A DNA stretch of 64,000 nucleotides from Torpedo marmorata (taxonomy: Eukaryota): NCBI GenBank assembly GCA_977017645.1, contig OZ360236.1, forward strand, positions 50,778,001 to 50,842,000. Reading direction: 5' to 3'. Positions 50,201 to 63,338 of the stretch are shown piece after piece (positions within the stretch are counted from its first letter, which is position 1; every line of letters begins with the position of its first letter). Position numbers and translations under genes: made by a program. The notes beneath the pieces were generated by a model. It worked only from the letters and a program-made list of their open reading frames with translations, was not told the origin of the DNA and made no database searches.

Positions 50201-51957
50201 GCTTATTTAGCCTTGTCCAGACCTCTCAGCACAGTTTGTGTAGGTCTCTTTGTGGCAGTTGGCCAATGAACTCACATCACTTAACCTTCAGGGACTGCAT
50301 GTTTTGATTTTAATAATTTAAATCTTCAAATACATTCACGATAAATTCTTGAAAAATGGGTTGCAAGTTGCTGAATTTGTTGGCATTGATTTTGAAAATG
50401 TTAATTTTTAACCTTTCCTCTTTTGGATGCTGCACTTTCCATGCTTGTGATGCAATCTGTGCTGCATGAGGACAACACATGCACTTTACAGAGGGCAAAT
50501 TCCCATTGCCGGGGAAATCGCTGTGTGAAGTTGATGATGATCATCTTAAAGAGTAGTATTTATATGATTGCCACTTCCCACCATAAATTACAGAATGAAA
50601 GAGGGCAGGATGTGGGGAGAGAAGTGGGGGTGCTTTGTGTGCAATTGTTATTGGTAGGCACAAAAGTCTTAGAAGAAGATCCCAATGATTGTTTGCCTAT
50701 TTAGAAACAAAGCAAAGGCTTTAAAAAGGTTTACTTCAACCATCGGTAATTTGCTTACATTAGATTTCTACAGAGATGGATTTGACTGTTTTGGACACTT
50801 CCTGCCTGAATAACAATGAAAAGAGGAATTCCTAATAAGTGCAATCTTGTCTGAAGCTACTTTCTCACTTGACATCAGAAATCCCGGAAAATACAACATT
50901 AAAGACAGCGCTGGACATTATGTGTAACAGCATTTTAATGCCACTTCCTGTGCCTCAGTCTGCAAGAGGTACCGTAACAATTGAGTTCCAGATAATTTGC
51001 AAGCTGTCTGTTTGATCTGGAGATCATATCAAAGTTAGCAGATGCAGGTAAGCCAGGAAAGGTCTGCACTGTTCCTGCCTTAAACAGGTTGTATTATACT
51101 CCAGTTTGTTCTGCCATCTTCAATTGCTTGAGAAAGATGGGCTGAGAAAAATATATCATTAAGATTGGAGATTAAAAAACAATCACTGCGTATTCTTACT
51201 GCAATGCAGCGTGTTTGTGTACACCTGCCCTTTGTGTGAAAAGATTGGTAATTTGAGTGCAAAGCACATGCAGAACAACCATGGTGATCTGCCAACACAT
51301 CTATTAATCATACTAAGTATGTGTATAAGACAGGCTGAATTTGTAAGAAGTATCATATTCTCCAGATTTTATCAAAGGGTTTAATATACTTCACATGACA
51401 ATGATTTCCTGTTTATGAAATCCTCAAATGCTGACAAAACAATGCAAGATCTTCAATATCTTCAATAATCTTTCAAGCATTTTTAGCTTTATTTACCTTC
51501 TTGTAAATCCATTTACTTTCTGATTATCATATTTTCTCAGATTTATCTCACTGTTGCTTGTCATTTTAAACCACAAATTGCATCTCCTCGTTAGAATGGG
51601 GATGGAAAGGAGAAAGGTACTAATGCCAATAGGCATTCAAACCGTGGATGTACTAAACAACTGACCACACAACTGAACATGAGAAAAGACAAAGGGAATA
51701 AAAACAACGTTCAACTGGTCTCCATATCTGCCATTGAACTCAAAGAAGTCTTATAGAATTATTTATTGCTATTCCTGGCAGTCTACATTCTGTGAAGGAG
51801 TAACACACGTGACAGATTGTGACATGTGATTTTTTTTCTCTTCTTTACCAGACCCCTAAGATTGAGGATGACTTGGCTCCACTCCAGTTTTGTGGGTTCT
51901 GAAGTGGCTAATGAGACCAATGGAGGAACTGAAGACTCTTCCATCACTCATGGAGGT

Positions 51958-52150
51958 TAAACAAGAAGTTTGCAGAAAAATGGAGAGCTGGAATAATTCA
52001 CTTAAGAGCTGGAGGAACTCAGCAGGGCATGCAGCATCCATGCAAAGTAATAAGCAGTCGACATTTTGAGCCTGGCCCTGAGCCCTTCAACAGGGCCCAT
52101 CCAGGAGCAATCCCATTCAGGTCACTGTTGAGTTCTTCCAGCACATTTAT
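51958..52150. mobile_element. Old palindromic mini-Penelope
   Basis: gctggaggaactcagc ... ttgagttcttccagca with a tgagcccttca remnant. Confidence 0.5.
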
Positions 52151-53144
52151 ATATTGTTCCATTGCTCACGGAGCTGGTGGTAGCCGATGATCAGGTGGAT
52201 GCGTAGTTTGTGAAGCTACTGTATTGCCAAAGTACTTCCTGAGCTGCCAAGATAATCTACAGTCAAAACACCCAAGGACAACTTCATGAAACCAAAGTAC
52301 AAATGTAAACCCATCAAAGGCACCTCTTCACTTGCTACATGGTGATTGAGAGACAGGGGCATGTTGTGCCATTCATCAGCTCCCGCTTGCACCACTGGCT
52401 GCTGAAGAGGATTGAGAATGGAACTGAACACAGCTCAAATATCAATGCACCTCTTCACTTCTGATCATACGATGGAAGGGAGATCTCTTACCTCACATAT
52501 AGGGAAAGGTGAGTTGGATGAGATAATGCAAGACTAACATACATAAACATTTCCAGAGAGAATAAAAAAACGCATTTGGCTCTGTTTCATGTTGTCGTGC
52601 CATTAAGATGTATTTTAAAATTATTTTCCAAATGTGTGGGAAAAACATATGGAATTTGAATGGCCTTTGCTTATTTTCCAGTTAAACATGTTGAAATAAA
52701 TGGTGTAATTGTTTGGCTTACACCAGATATAACAGCTGACAAAATAACTTTGATAAATATGGCCAGAGAGCCAGAAAAATAACAAAATGTGAATGGGGAG
52801 ATGAGGTAATCACCCATTAAACCAGAGGTTTTTTTTATTTAATACAACACTATGGATATCCTGTGGCTGATCACCAGATGTACAGTCAGAGGACTTGGAC
52901 CCAGACTTCAGAAAACAATTTCCTCATAATAGCAGCTGGAATGACAATACTTTTCTGGACCTTATGATCACGCATCTTTCAGGATCTGTGTTTGAAAAAG
53001 CACATGGAAGAATTTTTGATATTCCTTTTTTAAGTTGTTTCGTTTCCCCTGTGGACACTTTGCAATCTGTTTGGCAGCTCTTATATTTGCTTCTTTGCAC
53101 AAAAGTATGCCTAGTTTCATGATATCCAGGAAAAGAAAGAGCTC

Positions 53145-53365
53145 GTTAAATAAAATCTGCAAATGCTGACACTTTGAATCAAAAACAGAAAGCATTGAAA
53201 ATGTCCAGGATATCAGACAGCATCTGTGAAGTGTACAGATGGTTTAGTTTTTTGGGATGATCTCTTTATTGAAATAATGAATGGTGCACAAGACACTGAA
53301 GCATCTGTTTCTTTCTCTGCAGATGTGGCCTGGACTTTCAGATGTTTCCTGCATTTACTGTTATC
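53145..53365. mobile_element. Old palindromic Penelope-tail remnant
   Basis: tctgcaaatgctg..cagcatctgtg arm and tgcagatgtggcctgg..cctgcattt arm. Confidence 0.45.
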
Positions 53366-53629
53366 TTTTTTCATAAATTTCCTTATTAAATGACATTGAT
53401 TCATCAGTTCTAGTGCAACATAATCAACTAATATATCAAATGGTCACATTCAGTCATCTTACTCTCTGATGTGATTCAAATAATTCATTTATCTAATGTA
53501 CATTATACAAACAAGCAAGTAAATCACTTCACATAGCTTTTCTTTTCAAATGCAAATACATTGTAAAACACTGATAATGACGTTTTATTCATTTGTTCAT
53601 AGGATGAATACATCATTAGCAATGCCAAC

Positions 53630-54012
53630 ATTTATGGGAGAGTCACAAACAAGGGGACAAAGCCACAGAATCTTTTAGGTTTGAGGGATGTGGAGATCTC
53701 TTCTCTCAGAGAATAGTAAATCTGGAATTCTCTGAACCTGAGAGTGTTGGAGGCCAAATCAATAGATATAGTTAAGGTGGAGATTGATCAATATTTTAAA
53801 GATTGGGAATTGAGATTTTGGGGAACTAGCACAGAAGATGATTTGAAATGAGCATAAATCAGCCATTTTCATATGGAATGGCAGGACACTCATCTTATTT
53901 TTGTTTGTCTTCTTTAATTTTTGTCCATCCCTTATCACATCTGCCATGATCATATTGAATGGTGAGGCAGGGATAAGGGGCCCGGTGGCCGAGCCCTGCA
54001 TCTATTTTCTTA
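53630..54012 (+). mobile_element. Old CR1 3' tail(s)
   Basis: ttctctcagagaatagtaaatctggaattc...atgatcatattgaatggtga. Confidence 0.6.
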
Positions 54013-54870
54013 GTAAAAATACAATGCTGGAGAAACTCAGCAAGTCAAACAGTGTACTTTATGTAGCAAAGATAAAGATACATAACCAACTTTTCAGGCT
54101 TGAGCCCTTCATCAAGGATTGAACAAAATGTAGGCAGGTGCCTGAACAAAATAGTGGGGGGGGGAGAGGCAGGGGTAGGAGCACAGTCCCACAGGCAGGA
54201 GATAATGGGTGGATAAGGGAGGGAGGGCACACCAGCAAACAGGGGAAGGGGGGAATAGCCCTGTGAATGGAGAGGGAAGAGGTTGGAGAGTTGGAGGAAA
54301 GAAGACAGAGGGATTGGGAAAGAAGGAGAATGGGGAGTAGGCTAGCGGAAACCAGAGAAATCAATGTCAATGCCATCCAGTTGGAGAGTGCCCAGACAGA
54401 AAATTAAGTGTTGCTCCTCCAATTCACGGGTGGCTTTAGTTTGACAGTACATGAGGCCATCGACAGATATGTCAGCACGGGAGTGGGGCGCAGAATTGAA
54501 ATGGTTGGCCACTGGGAGATCCCCGTCATCGATGTGGACAGAGCGAAGGTGCTCAGCGAAGCAATCTCCCAGTCTGCGTCCAGTATCTCCGATGTAGATA
54601 AGGTAAAGGTAAAGGTTCCATTATTGTCACGTAATACTACATTTAGAATGTAACATACATGAAATTCTTTAATTTTTGTCTGCCGTAAGGCAGACAGAGA
54701 GTCGTTACTTTGTCCAGCGCCCCTCACAGAAACCTACAGCACCTAGTGTTCCTAGGCGGTCTCTCCTCCAAGTACCGACCAGTTCTGTGCCTGCTTAGCT
54801 TCCGAGATCAGACAATCCCAGTCGTATTCAAGCTATTGGTGCTGTTCCAGTCTCTCCGATGTAGAGAAAC
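54013..54870 (-). mobile_element. Penelope 3' fragment interrupted by the 5S SINE
   Basis: GIY-YIG remnants; hammerhead-like motif at 54081-54117. Confidence 0.85.
54599..54845 (-). mobile_element. 5S rRNA-derived SINE, copy 2
   Basis: Close reverse-complement homolog of 2558-2812; 20-bp TSD tccagt(a/c)tctccgatgtaga at 54579-54598 and 54846-54865. Confidence 0.9.
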
Positions 54871-56108
54871 AATATAAAACATATCTTCTTATGTTTCTTT
54901 GTGTTCAACAGTCATAGGAACCGTCAATACCAAAGCCATTTTTAACAACCATTTTTGGTTCCCTATGTTTTTTTCTGATTGACTGATTGTTTTGAATTGT
55001 TTCTTCCATTCTGTTAGGGTTTTGCCCTCTCCTTTGGTTCCATGTTGCGGAAGGTGATGGGGAGGTTGGTAGCAGATGCAGACGAAGTTTATGCTGGTTT
55101 CAATGCTTCAACAAATTTCTGTGCACAAGTTCAATCCTTTTGCATGACGAGAAGGATGATCGAATGTCTGAGGGCAGAAGAAACTGAAAGGGGAAGAAAG
55201 AAGAGGGGAAATATATTTCAGCTTATCTTCCTGGGACCTTCTAGGAGAAATTTTCCTATCAGAATGATGGAGCTAAAGAGTCTCAATATTTATGGTCAGC
55301 TTGAAATTGGTCACGTGTCACAGCCACAACGACAATTTTAAACGTGGTCAAGGACTGCACTACCATTGGCTGCCAAGGCGATCCTGGCAATTTCTGATTG
55401 GTGTTCACTATGAGTCTTAAGTCTGCAGTTAAAGATATTTGCAATACCTCACAATCTGTAATCAAGTGTTGCACAAGTAAAGCCATGAAGTATTTCTGTT
55501 TAAAGAAACCTAATGACATTTAATTCTCTGGTGGGGTCCAGACATCAGCCTGAGTCATCTCTCTCAATATCTCTATTATGTGGTTCAGCATTAAATGTCA
55601 CATGTTAATGGTGTTCCAAAGTGTGTAAGACACTATTATAGTGATAAAGACACGATGTTAACCTTAAATTGATGCTGTCAGTGGTTTCAGTAGATGAGCT
55701 GAATCAGAGACAGAAATGCATGATGATAGAAATGAGGAAGGAACAGTCTTCCTGATTGGCTGAGTATAGATTCAAGGTCAGCACAAGCTCAGATAAAACT
55801 TGATTCTCTAAATAGTCTCACATGGGCTAAGACAAAAACTAGGGAGGCTGTTGTTCCAAGGCAAGAGGCATATTTTGGGGGGTAGCACAATGCCTGGAGG
55901 TGCGGGGTACCCGTGGTAATGTCAAGTGATGTATAATGTTCATTTGATGGCAGGAGAAAAGTTCTACCACAAACCTCAGTGCCTCAGAAGACCACAGGTG
56001 TCAAACCAGTCTCAACTGGAAGGCTGGGGCCTGATTTGATTAAAGGTTAATTAAATTAATTAAAGATTCTTTAATAATCAAAATCACCCATCCTCGTTAT
56101 TGATACAC

Positions 56109-56949
56109 TCAAGATTCAAGATTCAATTTATTGTCATTGTAATAAAAATGTGTCATATTACATGAAATTGCTTTTGCCTGCTGAAAGGCAGACAGATTCA
56201 CCATCGGCAGAAATTGCCTGAAGCGCCTCTTACAGTCAGAGAAAGAGAAGCAAAAGAGAGTCCCCCCAGAGTCACCGAGTGTCCGTAGATTCGTCTCCAG
56301 CGCTTCCGCAGCCTCCACAGCCACACAGAGTCCAGTCCAAACCATTGGCAACCCAAGCTCCAGATCCGAACCTCTGACACGGTCAGGAACCCTTCAGCAC
56401 CCTCAGCACCCCCTCGCATCCCGGTTCCGATACCTGGTACCCCTTCAGCCAGTTCGAGCCAGTCTCCAGCAGTCCGCAGCCCGGTGCGAGTCTCCCGACA
56501 GCAGTCTCCAGCAGCCCACTGGCTCCGCGGGTTCCTCGCCTCGAGTTGCCAGCAGCCCGCCGCTACAGTCTCAGAGACCCTCACTGGTCCGCCGCTGTGG
56601 TCATCGTCCTGTGGGTCGTCTCCTCCGCTTCTCCTTCTCAGACGGGGGTGATCTTCCCGCCCTCTGGTGCCCTGCTCCAGTCCTCTGCTTCCCCGGAGTC
56701 TGCAGCCCCTCGTGGCTGCTGCCGATAATAGGCGCCGCCATCTTGGGCGCAGACCCCGCGGTCGCGGGATTTCAAATAAAACCACCGTCGGCTCCCTCAA
56801 CGGGCCGTTCAAAGCCCGTGCAGAGCCGATGGCAGTCGACTGGGCAGCTGGACCCTGCGGGAGCGCTGCATCTCTGCTCCTCGCTCCCCACAGGTCCGCA
56901 CCAGCGGCAGCGCTGCCGCTACAGTGGCTCCAGCAGCGCCGCCATTTTC
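56109..56949 (-). mobile_element. CpG-rich non-autonomous retroelement, apparently full-length
   Basis: 5' end AAAATGGCGGCG; internal AAGATGGCGGCG; (ATCTTGA)n tail. Confidence 0.85.
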
Positions 56950-57392
56950 TGTGACCTTGCTCCACAATGATCACCTCCACTGCTCCACACCAAGCCTTGG
57001 GATCCTCTAGCTGCCTGCCTCCCCCCACCCCTCGTCTTCTCCACAGATTAACTCCTACTCCGTCCTTAATCTGCTCTTGAACTCTGTCCCATCACCATAC
57101 CCCTTCTCAGGAATGGAATCTTTGTCCTCGTGTAGGCATTTGTGATGTCGCACTTTTTCAATTGATATATTTTGTATTACTGAATAATTTCAAGGCCCAA
57201 AGCTTTGATCTTGCTAAATAAATGAAGGAAATTGAAAGATTAAGAGAAGTTGTCGTGAGTCATTATTCGATTCTATTAGCACAAGCTCGACATGATGCCT
57301 TTAAACGAAGTCACTAAGCTGCAGCATATAGGTGCTTAATAGTGTGGGTAGGTGGATGAACCAATGAAACCTTTACTTTAAATCTTTTAAAA

Positions 57393-57651
57393 TTTTTTTT
57401 AAAAATTCAGATATACAGCCCGATAACAGCCCTTTCGGCCCACGAGCCCGTGCTGCCCAATTACACCCAATTGACTTACATCCCCGGTACATTTTGAACG
57501 GTGTAAGGAAACCGGAGAGCACCCAGAGGAAACCCACGCAGACATGGGGAGAACGTACAAACTCCTTACAGACAGTGCGGAATCGAACCCCAGACCCAAT
57601 CGCTGGTGCTGTAGCAGCGCTGCGCTAACCGCTACGCTAACCATGCCGCCC
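57393..57651 (-). mobile_element. V-SINE-like element
   Basis: Homolog of 4788-5023 with intact B-box-like ggttcgattcc. Confidence 0.88.
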
Positions 57652-58119
57652 AGACCCCTTATTTCATCCAGTTCTTGCACTATGGAACATATTTCATCTT
57701 ATGATGATATCTTTCCCTCTTTTGCTATCCTCTTCTGACCGAGATTCAAAATTCTTCAATAACCCCTCTCACACTTCAAGCCATTTCATTTTCAACAACA
57801 ACCGGACCCTACACTTTGAATATCATCACTCTCTGCACCTGAGCTTCGGATATGTCCTTTTCGCAGCTGAGGATCCTCATCACAGTTTTTGAAGTGATCA
57901 TTGATTTTCTCCCCACTTCCCATGGTTTTCCCCAGTTTTCTATTTTGCTCTGAAATCACCTGCTTTTGAGCAAGCTTGTGTCCATCATTAGTAATTATTC
58001 ATAATTAGTAATCCAGACTGATCATTTCAAAAAATAGTGTTGTGAATGACAAGACACAGCCTTGCTTCATAGCAAAGTCAATGCTCAACTCATTCCATCC
58101 CCACAGCCAATTTCCTCAA

Positions 58120-58575
58120 GGAAGCTTAGGAATGAAAGGGTTAGGATTTGAGGAATGATTGTCAACTCTTGGATTGTACTCATTGGAGTATAGAAGGATG
58201 ATGGGGTCCTCATAGAGACATTTTGAATGATTGAAAGGCCTGGTAGATGTGACAAGGATGTTTGCCATGGTACGGATTCTAGGACAAGAGGGCATAACTT
58301 CAGGATAAAAGGGTATCAATTTAAAACAGAGTCGTGGAAAAATTTATTTAGTCAGAGGGTCGTCAGTCTGTGGAATTTGTTGCCGCAGGCGGCTATGGAA
58401 GATGGGTGTATTTAAGGCAGAGTTTGAAGGTATTTGATTAGTCAGGGCATCAAGGGTTACGGGGAGAAAGCCAGGGAGTGGGGCTGAATGGGAGGATGGA
58501 TCAGCTCATGATTAGAATGGCGGAGCAGACTCGATGGGCCAATGGACCTACTTCTGCTCCTACATCTAGTGATCT
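58120..58575 (+). mobile_element. CR1 3' fragment
   Basis: SRTRGHN..FSQRVVSLWNLLPQ; similar to 1010-1401. Confidence 0.85.
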
Positions 58576-58689
58576 TGTGAAGAGCAGCATCCTTTGTGGT
58601 CTGGCAGGATGCTGTAGGTGCCATTTCTGCAACTGTGTCAAAAGTCAACAAATAATGCATGAAAGGATGTCTATTGTTCATGAGATTTT

Positions 58690-61251
58690 CTTACAACAAA
58701 CACATGATCGAAGAGCATTTTAAATCCTTGGACCCTCGCCGCATGTGGCAGGGCATACAGATCATCACAGACTATAAATTATCTAGTATTGTGCCTTCTT
58801 CTAGCTGTGCCTCCCTCTCTGAGGAGCTTAACTATTTCTATGCTCGCTTTGACCAAGAGAACAAGGAGGTCGCTTTCAAGGCGGATCTTCTACCTGATGA
58901 ACTGCCTCTCTCACTTTCCATCTCTGATGTATGGGCCACCTTGAGTAGGGTGAATGTACGGAAGGCAGCTGGTCCGGATGGCATACCTGGCCGTGTGCTT
59001 AGAGCCTGTGCAGAACAATTGGCCGGGGTCTTTACGGACATTTTCAATCTGTCCCTAGCCCAGGCAATTGTTCCAACGAGCTTCAAGATTGCTACCATCG
59101 TGCCAGTGCTGAAGCGTTCTACCGTTATGAGTTTGAATTACTACCATCCAGTTGCACTCACCCCCATCATCGCAAAGTGTTTTGAGAGGCTGGTCATATC
59201 ACATTTGAAATTCTGTTTGCCTGCCACCATGAACTCTCATCAATTTGCCTACCATTTCAAGAGCACTTCACTCTGCTTTGATTCACTTGGACAGCTCTAA
59301 CTCCTATGTCAGAATGCTGTTCATTGACTTTAGCTCGGCTTTCAACACTGTGATTCCCTCCAAGCTGATCACCAAACTTCGTCTGCTTGGTATCAGCTCA
59401 TCCCTTTGTAATTAGATTTTGGACTTTCTAACTAATGGACCCCAATCTGTTAAGTTAGGCAATCTTTTCTCTTCCAGGGTTGTGTGTTGAGCCCTCTTCT
59501 GTATTCCCTTTTTACCTCCGACTGCGTTCCTGTACTTAGTACAAATTCGATAATCAATTTCGCAGATGACACCACGGTGGTTGGCCTGATCAGAAGGGAC
59601 GATGAAACGGCCTATAGGGATGAGGTTCAGCACCTGGCATTGTGGTGTGCTGATAACAACTTGACACTCAACACTCAGAAGACCAAGGAGATCATTGTAG
59701 ACTTCAGGCGTGCTGGAAGCCACACTCACGTCCCTATTTACATCAATGGAGTTGTGGTGGAACGTTTATCGAGCTTTAAATTTCTTGGTGTCCATATTTC
59801 CGAAGATCTCACCTGGTCCCTGAATACTTCAATTCTGATTAAAAAGGCACAACAGCGTCTTTATTTTCTGCGAAGCATGAGGAAGGTACACCTCTGTCCC
59901 AGGATATTGCTGGATTTCTATAGATGTACCATTGAGAGCGTACTCACATATGGCATCTCGGTGTGGTATGGCAATTGTCTTTCACAAGACCGCAAAGCAC
60001 TCCAGCGAGTGGTGAAAACTGCCCAGTGGATTATTGGCATCCAATTGCCCACCATCGAGAACATCTATAGGCAACGGTGTCTGGGCAGGGCGAGGAACAT
60101 CATCAAGGATGCATCACACCCAAATCACGGACTTTTTACTCTTCTCCCATCGGGCAGACGCTACAGGAACCTTCGCTCGCGTACCAGCAGGCTCAAGAAG
60201 AGCTTTTTTTACGAGGCTGTGACCCTGCTGAACATTGAATCACAGCGCTGAGTGGTACTGCACTCATATTGTAATATCAGTACTTTTATAATAGTTCGTT
60301 TGTTGAATAGGTTTGTTGTTGGTTTTAATTGCACGTTTATTTGTGATGTATATAGCACTATTTTTTTTTAACATCCGGTTAGACGCTAATTGTATCTCTT
60401 TGCTGTGGCCAGGCATAATTCCAATGCCATCTACAAGTTTGCCGATGACACCACAGTTGTCAGCAGAATCACAAACGGCAATGAGGAAGCGGACAGGAAG
60501 GAGATAGATCAGCTCGTTGAATGGTGTAACGACAACAACCTTGAGCTCAACGTCAGCAAAACCGAGGAGATGATTGTGGACTTCAGGAGGAAGTCAGAGG
60601 AGCACGACCCAGTCCTCATCGAGGGCTCAGTAGTGGAGAGGGTCAAGAACTTCAAATTCCTGGGTGTCAACATCTCCGAGGATCTGTCCTGGAGCCTCCA
60701 TGTTGATGCATCACAAAGAAGGCTCGCCAGCGGCTATACTTTGTGAGGTGTCTGAGGAGATTCTGTATGTCACCAAAGACTCTCGTAAACTTCTACAGGT
60801 GTACCGTGGAGAGCTTTCTGGCTGGTTGCATCACTGCCTGGTATGGAGACGCCAACTCTCAGGACAAGAATAAACTCAAGAGGGTTGTTAACTCGGCCTG
60901 TAACATCACAGGCACCAGACTTCACTCCATCGAGGACATCTACATGAGGCGGTGTCTTACAAAAGCAGCCTCCATCCTCAAAGACCCCCACCACCCAGGC
61001 CATGCTCTCTTCACTCTGCTTCCATCAGGAAAAAGGTACAGGAGCCTCAAAGACACTGCCTTACTTTTCGTGCACTATTATTTATATTTTTTTATAGTAA
61101 TGTCGTAAGATGGTTATAATACGAATGTTTGCACTATGATGCTGCTGCAAAACACCGAATTTCATGACTTGTTTACGACAATAAATTCTGATTCTGATTC
61201 TGGTTCTGTTTTACACAGGTACAATGACAATAAAGTGAATCTAATCTAATC
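58690..61251 (+). mobile_element. Rex1/Babar RT fragment (58690-60402 plus tail 61201-61251)
   Basis: ORFs 58659-59300 and 59484-60251 (KAAGPDGIPG, FADDTT, LLPSGRRYR); tgacaataaa + (AATCT)n tail. Confidence 0.9.
60403..61200 (+). mobile_element. Second Rex1 subfamily copy nested in the 3'UTR of the previous one
   Basis: IYKFADDTT...LLPSGKRYR; (TTCTGA)n tail; host tail resumes at 61201. Confidence 0.85.
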
Positions 61252-63338
61252 TTTTCTTTTTAAAATATTTTTATTGAGTTTAACATATAAACATGTATAC
61301 AGAAAAAAAAATATTAAGAAAAACACTTAAAATGTCATCTCATATTCACACATATATAAAGAAACAACAAATGCAACTGCATTAACCAGTTCTTAAATTG
61401 AAATGAGAGACAAGTTATGAATATAGTGTAAATTCATGTTAAAGCTCATATTGTAAATTATTAACTAAAAGAATAATATAAAAGAAAAAAAATTTCCAAA
61501 ACAAAAAAATCCTAAAAGCTAAAACTAATCTAACCCCTTCCTCTAATCAAGGTTATCTTTATACACAAAAAAAAAGAAAAGAAAAATGGATCAGATAGCA
61601 ACCTCCAGACATCAGACAGAGACTCCTCGGGACATTCACAGTTATTAATTCTTCCAATCAGGATAGTATTCTATGAATCGGCCCCATACCTTTAAAAATT
61701 GAAACTTTCTATCTTTAATATTACATCTAATTTTCTCCAAGCTCAAATAAGACATTACATCCTGTAACCACTGTATATGGGTAGGTGAGGAATCATCTTT
61801 CCATTTCAATAGAATTGCTCGTCTGGCTATCAACATGGAAAAGGCTAAAACTTTCTCCTGAGATGCGGACAGAAGTATATTTGGTTCACGTGAAAAACCA
61901 AACATAGCAATTATCGGACATGGTTCTATTTTAATCTTAAAAATCGTCGATAAAGTTTGGAAAATGTCTTTCCAAAATCTCTCTAAATTTGGGCATTCCC
62001 AAAACATATGAATTAGTGAGGCTTCAAAAATTTTACACTTCTCACATAGTGGATCAATATCTGCATAAAAACAAGATAATTTAAGTTTGGACATATGGAT
62101 TCTACGTACCACCTTAAATTGTAATAAACAATATCTTGCACAGAATGAAGAGGTGTTAATCAAGCTAGAGTATGATAGCAGTCTTCATCTGAAAATGTTA
62201 TATTCAAATCACATTCCCAGTCATTCTTAATCCCCGCCATAGAGTCTGATCTTATGTCCAATAAATTGTTATATATGCATGATGTTAATCCACGCTGGAA
62301 AAAAACCGTAAATTAAAAAGTGAACCAAGGAAGTTAGTATTTGAGATTCGAGGAAAATCTGATAGCTTGGACTGAACAAAATGTCTAATTTGTAAATATC
62401 TAAAAAAATGTCTATTAGTAAGATTAAATTTTTCAACCAGTTGTTCAAAAGAGGCGAAATTATCTCGAATAAAAAGATCATTATAGCTATGAATTCCCAA
62501 TCTATACCATTCCTTAAATCCTGCGTCCAGCACAGACGGCTGGAAAAGGTGATTATCTATAATAGGACTAGCCAGAGAAAAACTATTAAAACCGAAAAAT
62601 TTTCTAAATTGAGCCCATATTCTCAATTTATATCTCAATAATGGATTATGAGTTAAATTGGAAAAGGAAAATGGTAAAAAGGATCCCAAAATTGCCAACA
62701 TAGATGTCTTTTTTGAAAACTTCAGTTCCATTTCCACCCATGAGGGGCGAATCTCCAACTTATCAAAATGCAATAATAAAAGCAAATTACGAATATTAAT
62801 CACCCAATAATAAAATCTAAAATCTGGAAATGATAACCCTCCATTTCTTTTAATCTTTTGAAGATGGGTTTTGTTTATGCGAGGTTGTTTTCCCTGCCAT
62901 ATATAAGAAGAAAGGACCGAATCTAATGAAGTAAAAAAACCTTAGGAATAAAAATTGGTGGAGCTTGGAAAAGATACAAACATTTAGGCAAAATATTCAT
63001 TTTAATCGAATTGATACGATCCATCATTGTAATAGATAAGGGGGACCAACCCAATAGTAATGGTTTAATCTTATTAAGTAGTACCCAGAAATTCTCTTTC
63101 ACTAAATTTTTATGACTTTTTAAAATTATGATTCCTAAATATTGTAATTGATCATTCACTATTTTAAATGGAAAATTGGGATAACTAACAAGAGGTCCCC
63201 TTAAAGGCAGTAATTCACTCTTATGTAAATTTAATTTGTAACCTGAAAATTGACTGAATTGAGTAAACAAAGTTAATATATTTGGTATAGAAACCTCAGG
63301 ATTTGAAATAAAAAGCAATAAATCATCTGCATAAAGAG
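61252..63338 (-). mobile_element. L1 (divergent family) 3' portion
   Basis: SLYADDLL..SGYKLN..KSE; CEKC..HMFWEC knuckle; polyA. Confidence 0.88.
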
